Of a stretch of 32,000 bases of DNA, positions 1-7,500 are shown one piece after another. Under the pieces are notes generated by a model. The model saw nothing but the letters and a program-made list of their open reading frames with translations. It had not been told where the DNA came from and did not search any database. Source of the stretch: Candidatus Saccharimonadota bacterium (GTDB lineage: Bacteria > Pseudomonadota > Alphaproteobacteria > CAJXXZ01 > 1604HC). The position numbers were made by a program, and so were the translations under genes. Each line of letters starts with the position of its first letter. The first letter of the stretch is position 1. The DNA lies in contig NZ_CP043316.1 of NCBI RefSeq assembly GCF_008189405.1, positions 60,001-92,000 on the forward strand, read 5' to 3'.

Positions 1-269
1 GGCTCATCTTTTTGTAGAGGGAATATAATTATACTTTTATCTTCCAAGATCGCTTCAATGCTATTTAAGTGAATTATACCTTCCTTTAAATTTATAGTGT
101 CTAGATCAATATCAATTATACCCCAATGATGTGGCATTGTTTTTGATAAAATATACGATACAAGCTTTTCATTTGTTATATCAGATTGTTGGAAATGATG
201 CGGAGATAAAGGCATTCCCTCATACCAATGAATCTTATAAGGGCAAAAATTTAATTTTTTAGCGTTCAT
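1..269 (-). CDS. tssK: Type VI secretion baseplate protein TssK; only the N-terminal 89 codons are present because the gene runs off the left edge
   Basis: Hand translation of the minus strand from the ATG at 269 gives MNAKKLNFCPYKIHWYEGMPLSPHHFQQSDITNEKLVSYILSKTMPHHWGIIDIDLDTINLKEGIIHLNSIEAILEDKSIIIFPLQKDE. This reproduces the characteristic TssK (VasE family) N-terminal pattern: W-x-EGM-x-L-x-P-x-HFQQ-x-D, then WG, then G-x-L, then D-x-x. The start overlaps the stop of the upstream lipoprotein gene in an ATGA junction. It is missing from the supplied ORF track because it is truncated. Confidence 0.8.
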   Translation of the reverse strand, partial: MNAKKLNFCPYKIHWYEGMPLSPHHFQQSDITNEKLVSYILSKTMPHHWGIIDIDLDTINLKEGIIHLNSIEAILEDKSIIIFPLQKDE

Positions 270-766
270 TTGTCAGCTCCTATTGAGTATATATTCCTAT
301 GTATTAGTTTTGTATTATTCTTCTTTGTAGGTGAAATTTTCTTTAGTGCATTTAAGCCTAATTCAATATTTAAATGCTTTGTTTTAGGTGTTAATGTAAA
401 ACTATTCTTTTTGTCTGTATTATAAGACATAAAAACTATAGATCCATAACACATTGGTGTCCAATTCCCTATGCAGAAAGATGATAGCTCAGTGCGAGGG
501 AGAGGTTCAAATGACCATACTTTCATGTGTTGTGAATTATGAGAAAGTAGTGATTTTCTATTCTCAAAATACTGTTTGCTTTTCATTTTAGAAACTATAT
601 TCCATAAAATTTGATTGAAAATTTGTACTAACTCAACTCTGACAACTGAGTTATTATTCATATTTTGTGTAGATAATATACTGAATGTTTGTAGTGAATA
701 GTTTTTCTTTTTATCTTGCTCACACCCAATCAAAAAAATTGCAACAAGGCATGCTAAAAATTTCAT
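266..766 (-). CDS. tssJ: Small outer-membrane lipoprotein, likely T6SS TssJ (SciN-like)
   Basis: 166-aa ORF with a lipoprotein signal peptide and lipobox (MKFLACLVAIFLIGC). Its size fits TssJ. It sits directly upstream of tssK and is translationally coupled to it, which is the canonical tssJ-tssK order. It has beta-rich segments (VVRVELVQIF, YGSIVFMSYN) where TssJ has similar ones. The assignment rests mostly on context. Confidence 0.55.
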   Translation of the reverse strand: MKFLACLVAIFLIGCEQDKKKNYSLQTFSILSTQNMNNNSVVRVELVQIFNQILWNIVSKMKSKQYFENRKSLLSHNSQHMKVWSFEPLPRTELSSFCIGNWTPMCYGSIVFMSYNTDKKNSFTLTPKTKHLNIELGLNALKKISPTKKNNTKLIHRNIYSIGADK

Positions 767-1224
767 TTATCTGCTCTTTTCATTAATGTTGTAATAATTT
801 TATATTCTGATTTGATTGTCTCTGATATTGCTAATGCATCTTTCAAAGTGAGTTTATCTTTTAATTTCACAGTATATCCATTTGGAGTTTTGGTGATTAC
901 AGCATTTAATTCATTGATTTTATCTGTAAAATCAGTAGCATCAATTTTATCATGAAAAGAACCTAGGCTGATTTCATAGTCTTTGGGGGAAGTTGTTGTT
1001 TTCTTTTCCTGTTTAATGCTTATGATATTATTTTTCTGCTTCTGATCCAAATATGATTTGAATAAAAAACCAGAAGCAAATGATAATCCCGAAAAAATAA
1101 ATGTTGTTATTACAAAAAATAGCGTAAATCCTATCCTTATTCCTTGAGCAGGACTAGTTTGTAGTTTTTTTCCTAAGCTATTTCTTAAAATTTGATTTTG
1201 CATTATTCTCATTACTTTCAACAT
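763..1224 (-). CDS. Single-pass membrane protein with a C-terminal SPOR-like (peptidoglycan-binding) domain; first gene of the apparent T6SS operon
   Basis: 153-aa ORF with one hydrophobic helix (IRIGFTLFFVITTFIFSGLSFASGFLF). The C-terminal roughly 70 aa (YEISLGSFHDKIDATDFTDKINELNAVITKTPNGYTVKLKDKLTLKDALAISETIKSE) follows the SPOR pattern Y-x-[IV]-Q/S-[LV]-G-[AS]-F ... Y-x-V-x-[LV]. Its stop overlaps the tssJ start (ATGA). The true start could be M1, M5 or M8. Confidence 0.45.
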   Translation of the reverse strand: MLKVMRIMQNQILRNSLGKKLQTSPAQGIRIGFTLFFVITTFIFSGLSFASGFLFKSYLDQKQKNNIISIKQEKKTTTSPKDYEISLGSFHDKIDATDFTDKINELNAVITKTPNGYTVKLKDKLTLKDALAISETIKSEYKIITTLMKRADK

Positions 1225-1262
1225 TTTTTATATCGCTTGAATGTTTATAAATGGTAAATTTT

Positions 1263-1323
1263 TTGCTTGTAAATGCATGATAGCTTATAGTTTATTGATA
1301 TATATTGAGTTATGGTTTAGAAT
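1263..1323 (+). promoter_or_regulatory. Two tandem sigma70-like promoter candidates upstream of tRNA-Trp/secE
   Basis: TTGCTT (1263-1268), 17-nt spacer, TATAGT (1286-1291); and TTGATA (1295-1300), 17-nt spacer, TAGAAT (1318-1323). The second lies 13 nt before the tRNA 5' end. Such hexamers also occur by chance in AT-rich DNA. Confidence 0.3.
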
Positions 1324-1336
1324 ACAAAAGTCAAAT

Positions 1337-1409
1337 AGGAGTGTAGCTCAATTGGTAGAGTATCGGTCTCCAAAACCGACGGTTGGGGGTTCGAGACCCT
1401 TCACTCCTG
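1337..1409 (+). tRNA. trnW: tRNA-Trp (anticodon CCA)
   Basis: The cloverleaf folds by hand: acceptor aggagtg/cactcct, D arm gctc...gagt, anticodon stem tcggt/accga with loop ctCCAaa, T arm ggggg-ttcgaga-ccctt, discriminator g. No encoded CCA. It sits in the conserved position just before secE-nusG. Confidence 0.9.
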
Positions 1410-1424
1410 CTCAGGAAGGATTCT

Positions 1425-1628
1425 ATGATTTTCGCTCAAATTAGAAAAATTAGAAATTTTATAGGCGCAGTTAAATTAGAATGGAAGCATCTAAGATGGC
1501 CTGATAAATCAAGTATATTCGGATCTATGATATTAGTTATTATATTTTCTGCACTTTGTTCTGTGATTTTTTTCTGTGTAGATTTTATTTTTTCAAGTGT
1601 TATTAGATGGGTATTGGCTAATGCGTAA
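1425..1628 (+). CDS. secE: Preprotein translocase subunit SecE
   Basis: The tracked ORF 1383..1628 overlaps the tRNA, so the ATG at 1425, preceded by aggaagga, is the likely start. The product MIFAQIRKIRNFIGAVKLEWKHLRWPDKSSIFGSMILVIIFSALCSVIFFCVDFIFSSVIRWVLANA has the SecE pattern (E-x-x-K-[VL]-x-WP followed by one TM helix) and the conserved position. Confidence 0.8.
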   Translation: MIFAQIRKIRNFIGAVKLEWKHLRWPDKSSIFGSMILVIIFSALCSVIFFCVDFIFSSVIRWVLANA

Positions 1629-2361
1629 AGTTTCTTATAAAATAAAAATTTCACATGGGTTTGAAGAAAAATTTCATGAATTTTTAGAGCAAAATGAAAA
1701 GTTATTTATTGAATATGGAATTGTGTCTTTGGATGAGTTTGAAGTGCAGTTCAAAAATGATATTCTTTATGATGAATTCTATAGAGCGATATCACAGAGC
1801 ATAGATATTGTTTCTTCTCAAAAAGTAGATGATGTTTTGAAATCTAAGGGAAGTCACTGGTATGCTGTTGGTGTTGTTTCTAGTCATGAAATTAGCGTGA
1901 GTAAAAAGTTTGATGATTATGCAGCTATGCATGAAGAAATAGAAGAAGTTTTTGTTCCTCAATCTGAATCTATAGTGTGGGTTGATCAATCTACTTCTAA
2001 ATCAGTTCAAGAGTGTTTGAGTCCAGGATATATATTTATCAAAGCACAGCATTCCGAGCATATTATGAGAGCTGCTAAGAATATAAGAGTAAAAGTGAGT
2101 GTTTTGAGCAATATTGTTTCTGATAAAGAAATAAATGCAATGAAGGTAAGAAATCAAGAAGATTGCAATTTAGGTCAAAAACATTCATATTCTATAGGAG
2201 ATCCTGTGTACATTTGTGCAGGTCCTTTTAAGAATTATAAAGGTTCTATAGAGGAAATAGATGAAGAAAATAGCAAGCAGTTGAAGGTCACTTTATCTGT
2301 GCTTGGAAGAGAAATTCCTGTAAGGCTTGCTTTTTCTGAAGTTAGAAAGATGGAGGTATGA
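1621..2361 (+). CDS. nusG: Transcription termination/antitermination factor NusG with an approximately 78-aa non-canonical N-terminal extension
   Basis: NGN-like start HWYAVGVVSSHE at about 1855; SPGYIFIK; KOW motif GDPVYICAGPFKNYKGSIEEID and LSVLGREIPVRLAFSEV. The frame is open back to 1597. The ATG at 1621 overlaps the secE stop by 8 nt. There is no in-frame ATG between 1621 and the NGN domain; a TTG at 1837 is the alternative start. Confidence 0.8.
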   Translation: MRKVSYKIKISHGFEEKFHEFLEQNEKLFIEYGIVSLDEFEVQFKNDILYDEFYRAISQSIDIVSSQKVDDVLKSKGSHWYAVGVVSSHEISVSKKFDDYAAMHEEIEEVFVPQSESIVWVDQSTSKSVQECLSPGYIFIKAQHSEHIMRAAKNIRVKVSVLSNIVSDKEINAMKVRNQEDCNLGQKHSYSIGDPVYICAGPFKNYKGSIEEIDEENSKQLKVTLSVLGREIPVRLAFSEVRKMEV

Positions 2362-2888
2362 TGAGCGTAAATGATATTATAGCAGAGAAGATTGCTAATA
2401 ATGCTGATTATTTGAAAGATATTTTGAAGAGTAAGAAAGATTCTATTCTAAAATTAAATAAGAAGCCAAAAGCTAGAGTTAGATTGCATTTAGAAGGAGG
2501 GAAGGCAAGTCCAGCCCCTCCAGTTGGTCCTGCATTGAGTCAGCATAAAGTAAAGAATTTAATGCAATTTTGTAAAGATTTTAATGCTGCTACAAAAGAC
2601 TCTCCTGCTGGGATTAAATTTCCAGTAGATGTTTTCATTTTTGATAACGGTGAAGTTGCTTTTGATGTGCTAAAGATGACTGTGAGTGATTTGATCAAGC
2701 AGAAAGCTGGAATAAGCAAGGGAAGTGATAGAGCTGGAAGAGACAAGCCTGTAGGATCTATTACCTGTAAAGATTTAGTTGAAATTGCAGAGTTTAAGTT
2801 TAATGATTTAAATGCTTTGTCAATTGAAGCTGCTACAAAGATTATTGCAGGTTCTGCAAGATCTATGAATGTGACTGTTGTAGAATGA
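2358..2888 (+). CDS. rplK: 50S ribosomal protein L11 with an approximately 33-aa N-terminal extension
   Basis: Core motif GGKASPAPPVGPALSQHKVKNLMQFCKDFNAAT. ggagg lies at 2350-2354, followed by ATGATG at 2358/2361 overlapping the nusG stop. There is no internal ATG, GTG or TTG close to the usual L11 start. Confidence 0.9.
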   Translation: MMSVNDIIAEKIANNADYLKDILKSKKDSILKLNKKPKARVRLHLEGGKASPAPPVGPALSQHKVKNLMQFCKDFNAATKDSPAGIKFPVDVFIFDNGEVAFDVLKMTVSDLIKQKAGISKGSDRAGRDKPVGSITCKDLVEIAEFKFNDLNALSIEAATKIIAGSARSMNVTVVE

Positions 2889-2927
2889 TAAAATACAGTG
2901 TAACATTATTATCTGAAAGGTTTTGGT

Positions 2928-3626
2928 GTGTTTGTGTCTAAACGTGAACGAGAAAGCTATGACGCTTTATCCGCAATAAATCAGATTAAACAAGGCAAAA
3001 AGAGAAATTTTGATGAAACTTTAGATTTAGGGTGTAGATTAAATATAGGTTCTTCTAAGACTAAATCTGATCAAAATGGTATTCGAGGATCTATAGAGAT
3101 GCCTTTTGGGACTGGTAAGAAAGTTAAGATTGCTGTTTTTTGTGCTGATGCTGATAAATTCAATGAAATTAAAAATGCAGGTGCTGACTATGTTGGAGCT
3201 GAAGATTTAGTTGATGAATTTAAAAGTGGGAGCATTAGTTGTGATGTGTGTCTTGCTAGTCCTGATGCTATGATGATGCTTGCTAAAATTAGTAAGATTT
3301 TAGGCCCTAAAAAGCTTATGCCTAGTCCTAAATCAGGTACTGTTGGTACAAATTTAGTTGAATTGGTAAAGTCATTTAAAAAAGGTAAGGTTGTTTATAA
3401 ATCTGATGCAAGCGGTAGTTTGCACGCAGGAATTGGAAAATTAAGCTTTGCTAGTGAGGATTTGTTAGCTAATTTGCATGCTTTATTAGAAGATATAATG
3501 TCTAAGGCTCCATCATCTAATAAAGTTGTTTTTGTAAAAGAGTTGTTTGTATCTTCTACAATGGGAGAAGGATCTTGCTTGTTGGATAAAAAATCACTTG
3601 CTGTGAAAACAGGGGATGTGAAATGA
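2928..3626 (+). CDS. rplA: 50S ribosomal protein L1
   Basis: GTG start preceded by gaaagg. Motifs FDETLDLGCRLNI, MPFGTGKKVKIAVF and LGPKKLMPSPKSGTV, plus conserved operon position. Confidence 0.9.
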   Translation: MFVSKRERESYDALSAINQIKQGKKRNFDETLDLGCRLNIGSSKTKSDQNGIRGSIEMPFGTGKKVKIAVFCADADKFNEIKNAGADYVGAEDLVDEFKSGSISCDVCLASPDAMMMLAKISKILGPKKLMPSPKSGTVGTNLVELVKSFKKGKVVYKSDASGSLHAGIGKLSFASEDLLANLHALLEDIMSKAPSSNKVVFVKELFVSSTMGEGSCLLDKKSLAVKTGDVK

Positions 3627-4105
3627 ATAGAGCTAGAAAAGAAGCATTGGTTAAAAGTTTATCTGAAGATATGAGCGGAAATTCTTATGTGTATGTATAT
3701 GGGCAAAATAATGTAAGTGTTTCTGAATTATCTTTGATTCGCTTAGATGCTGCATATGCAAATATTAATATGAAGTTCATCAAAAACACTTTGGCCAAAA
3801 GAGTTGTAAGCGATCTAAAAATTGATCCTTTATTTGAGAAAGTTAGTGTTGTTTTTTATGGGTCTGGAGATCCTTTAGAAGCAGCTCAAGTTATTTCTCG
3901 TTACGAAAGAGAATATAAAGGTAGATTTGTTGCAAAGGGTGGATCTATTGATAGTTTTACTTGTGATAAAGCTATGGTAGATAGGATGGCATCTGTTGGA
4001 TCTGTTGATGGATTGAAAGCAATGTTATTAGGTATGTTACAGGCTCCTGTAGCTAATTTTGCGAGAGTTTTAAGTCTCGCTTCTGAAAAGATAGGGAAGG
4101 AATAA
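3623..4105 (+). CDS. rplJ: 50S ribosomal protein L10
   Basis: 160-aa ORF between rplA and rplL. The N-terminus MNRARKEALVKSLSEDM is typical of L10. The start overlaps the rplA stop (ATGA). Confidence 0.85.
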   Translation: MNRARKEALVKSLSEDMSGNSYVYVYGQNNVSVSELSLIRLDAAYANINMKFIKNTLAKRVVSDLKIDPLFEKVSVVFYGSGDPLEAAQVISRYEREYKGRFVAKGGSIDSFTCDKAMVDRMASVGSVDGLKAMLLGMLQAPVANFARVLSLASEKIGKE

Positions 4106-4108
4106 AAA

Positions 4109-4471
4109 ATGAATATAAATAAAAATGAATTGTTAGAGACTATAGGTGGAATGTCAGTTTCTGATTTGTTGGAATTAGTTGGTGGTCTTGAAGAGAAATG
4201 GGGAGTTTCTGCGGCAGCAGCTGCGGCTCCTGCAGCGGCAGCAGCTGATCAAGTTGAAGAGAAATCTAAATTTGAAGTTGTGATTGAAAGCACTGGTGAT
4301 AAAAAAGTTGCAGTTATTAAAGCTGTTAGAGCTATTACAGGTCTTGGATTGAAAGAAGCAAAAGAAAAAGCTGATAATGCAGGTAGTTCTTTGGGTGAAT
4401 TTAATAAAGAAGATGCTGAAGCTCACAAAAAAGCTCTTGAGGAAGCTGGAGCTAAAGTAGCATTAAAATAA
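4109..4471 (+). CDS. rplL: 50S ribosomal protein L7/L12
   Basis: Ala-rich hinge [13 protein letters not shown]-terminal domain [21 protein letters not shown]...EAGAKVALK. gggaagga precedes the ATG. Confidence 0.92.
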   Translation: MNINKNELLETIGGMSVSDLLELVGGLEEKWGVSAAAAAAPAAAAADQVEEKSKFEVVIESTGDKKVAVIKAVRAITGLGLKEAKEKADNAGSSLGEFNKEDAEAHKKALEEAGAKVALK

Positions 4472-4528
4472 TTTTTGTTTTAATGTTATTATAAATTAAT
4501 TGTTAAAAATATTTGATTTGAATTGTAT

Positions 4529-4545
4529 TGCGAGTGATTCTCGCA
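4529..4545 (+). promoter_or_regulatory. Small hairpin in the rplL-rpoB spacer (possible attenuator or processing site)
   Basis: tgcgag-tgatt-ctcgca: a 6-bp perfect stem with a 5-nt loop, 22 nt before the rpoB ATG. There is no downstream U-tract, so it is not a classical terminator. Confidence 0.2.
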
Positions 4546-4566
4546 TCTAAAGGGGTTGTATTCAAT

Positions 4567-7500
4567 ATGTCAATTTATAAAGATTTTGTTCGCAAATCTT
4601 TTGCAAAAACTAATGAGGATTCTTTATTTGTTGAAGATCTGATCAAGTTACAAAAAGATTCTTATGATGAATTTTTGCAGCTTAATATGCTGCCTGAAAA
4701 AAGGGCAAATAAAGGGCTTCAACTTGTATTAAGAGAGTTTTTTCCTATCGTTGGTCTTTCTGGAATTTTAAAGTTAGAATTTTGTGGTTATGGTGTTAGT
4801 GAGCCTGTATTTAGTGCTGTAGAGTGCAAAAGAAAAGGCTTAACTTATAGTGGAGTTATTAGCATCTTATTAAGGCTTATTGTTCATGATGTTGATGAAG
4901 ATGGAAAAACATTTGTAAAAGATGTAAGAGAGCAAAGTGTTTATATAGGCGATATGCCTTTCATGACAGATTTCGGAACCTTTATTATTAATGGTACTGA
5001 AAGAGTTGTGGTTTCTCAAATGCATAGATCTCCAGGAATTTTCCTTGATATTGAGAAAAAAACAAATACAGTTGGGCCATCTTATGATATCCATATTGCT
5101 AGAATTATTCCTTATAGAGGGTCTTGGATTGATGTTGAGTTTGATTCTAGTAACCTGATGTACATTAGAATAGATAAAAACAAGAAAATACCTCTTATGG
5201 CACTTTTGATGTCTTTGGGTGAAAATGATGTTTCTGCTAAAGATCCTGGAATGTCAAAAAATGAAATCTTAAATGAATTTTATGATATTACTGAATTTAG
5301 TGTTGTGGAAAATGGGCTTAAATTTAATTTAGATTGGAATAAATGGATTGGTTCTAAGTTTGATTTTGATATCTTAGACGCAACTACAGGTGGAATTATC
5401 CTGAAATCTGGAGATTTAATTACTAAAGGATTTATTAAAAAACTAGGAGATAAAAGTACAAAATCTCTTTTGATTAATAAAGATGAATTTACAGATATTT
5501 ATTTAACTCATGATATTAATGAAGAAGTTAAAGTTAGTGATGTTGTATTGTATGAAAATCTAATAGAGCACGGAATAACTTCTTTTAAAGGTGTGATTAT
5601 AGATGGAAATTATAACACTCCTTACGTTATAGATTCTATGAGATCGTATAATTATAAAAACCGTATTGAAGCTATGGTTGTTCTATACAATACAATGAGG
5701 CCAGGCGAGAGGGTGAAAGTTGATGTTGTATATGCATTGTACAAATCCATTTTCTCTGATCAAGATTACTATAATTTATCAGAAGTTGGGCGTGTTAAGC
5801 TAAATCAAAAACTTGGTTTGAATTTGCCTCTAGATTGCCTTACTTTAACAAAAATTGATATTTTATCTACAATTAAATCTTTAATAAGATTGAAAAAAGG
5901 CGAAGAGTCAGTAGATGATATAGATAGCTTAGAGAATAGAAGAGTTAGATCTGTTGGAGAGTTAGTTGAAAATCAATGTAGGCTTGCAATGGGAAGATTC
6001 TTGAAATCTGTTAAAGATAAAATGAGTGGCGTTGATTTAGAATCTTTGATGCCGTCTGATTTGATTGCTCACTCTAAATCATTTACAGGAGTGATTCGTG
6101 AATTCTTCTGTACTTCACAATTCTCTCAATTTATGGATCAAACCAACCCACTTTCAGAAATAAGTCATAAGAGGCGTTTGTCTGCATTTGGACCTGGTGG
6201 TATTAGCAGAGAAAGATCAGTGCTAGAAGCTAGAGGTTTGCATGCTACCCATTATGGAAGAATTTGTCCTGTTGAAACTCCTGAAGGGCAAAACATTGGA
6301 TTAATTAATTCTCTTTCTATTTTTGGTAAGATAAACAAATTTGGATTTATTGAAACTCCATATCATCCAGTTGTTGATGGAGAAGTGAAGTCAGAGATTG
6401 TGTATTTCTCTGCTTCTGAAGATAAGAAGCACATTATTGCGCATGCTGATCCAGATATTTTAGATGATAATAATAAGATTAAAGCAAGCTCTGTGAAGTG
6501 TAGATTTAATAATGACTATGTAATTGTTGATCCATCAAAAGTTCAATACATAGATGTTTCACCTAAACAGATTATTTCTGTTGCATCATCTTTGATTCCT
6601 TTTGTTGATCATAATGATGCTGGTAGAGCGTTGATGGGAGCAAACATGCAACGTCAGGCTGTTCCGCTTATTGAGCCTGATTCTCCATTGATTGGTACTG
6701 GAGTTGAGAAATCTGTTGTGTATGGTTCTGCTGTGGTAATACAAGCTAAACGTGCTGGTGAAGTTGTTAGAGTAGATTCTTCTTCTATTATGATTAAAAC
6801 TGATGATTCAGATTTAGATGTATATAATTTGAGAAAATTTGAAAAAACAAATGATGGTACATGTATTAACCAAAGGCCTATAGTATCTGTTGGGCAATAT
6901 GTGAAAACTGATGAGCTTATTGCTGAAGGTTCTTCAATGGATAAAGGTGATCTTGCGCTTGGAAAAAATGTGAAAATTGCCTTTCTATCATGGAGAGGTG
7001 GAAACTACGAAGATGCTGTTTTGATTTCTTCGAAGTTAGTTAATGATTTTTCATCTGTTCATCTAGAGAAATATGAAGTTTCAGCTCGTGAGATTAAACA
7101 GGGAATTGAGCAAATCACAAGAGATATCCCAAGAGTTAATGAAGAATTCTTGATGCATCTTGATGAGAGTGGAATTGTTAATATCGGTGCTAATGTTAAG
7201 GGTGGAGATGTTCTTGTTGGTAGAGTTACACCTAAAGCTGAAGGGCCAGCAAGTGCTGATGAAAGATTGTTAAGAGCGATTTTTGGTGATAGAGCTTGTG
7301 ACGTTAAAGATAGTTCATTGCGTGTTCCTCCTGGAGTGGAAGGTACAGTTATTGATGTGCGTGTTTTCACTAGAAAAGGTATGGAAAAAAATGAAAGAGC
7401 TCTTGTTATTGAACACGAGCTTTTGAGAAAGCTTCAAGCGCAAAAAACTATAGAATTAAATGTGCTGAAAGATTGTTTTGTAGATAAATTATGCAAAGCT

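Noticed and set aside
1225-1336. The idea that the T6SS genes are a genomic island integrated at tRNA-Trp
   Set aside because: Islands normally integrate at the 3' end of a tRNA, but the T6SS genes lie 5' of it and divergent from it. I see no direct repeat of the tRNA 3' end and no integrase in the window. The idea cannot be excluded without the sequence to the left.
1241-1444. 67-aa ORF and the 5' part of the tracked 81-aa ORF overlapping tRNA-Trp
   Set aside because: They read through the tRNA gene and its promoter region. secE is better explained by the ATG at 1425, which has an SD.
1436-2746. Antisense ORFs 1436-1654, 1792-1989 and 2540-2746
   Set aside because: They lie opposite secE/nusG/rplK, which have clear family motifs. 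They have no independent support.
6130-6200. Rifampicin-resistance prediction from the RpoB cluster I region
   Set aside because: The main determinant residues (equivalents of E. coli D516, H526 and S531) are unchanged. The differences I see (for example Phe at the L533 position) are not ones I can tie to resistance from memory, so I make no phenotype claim.
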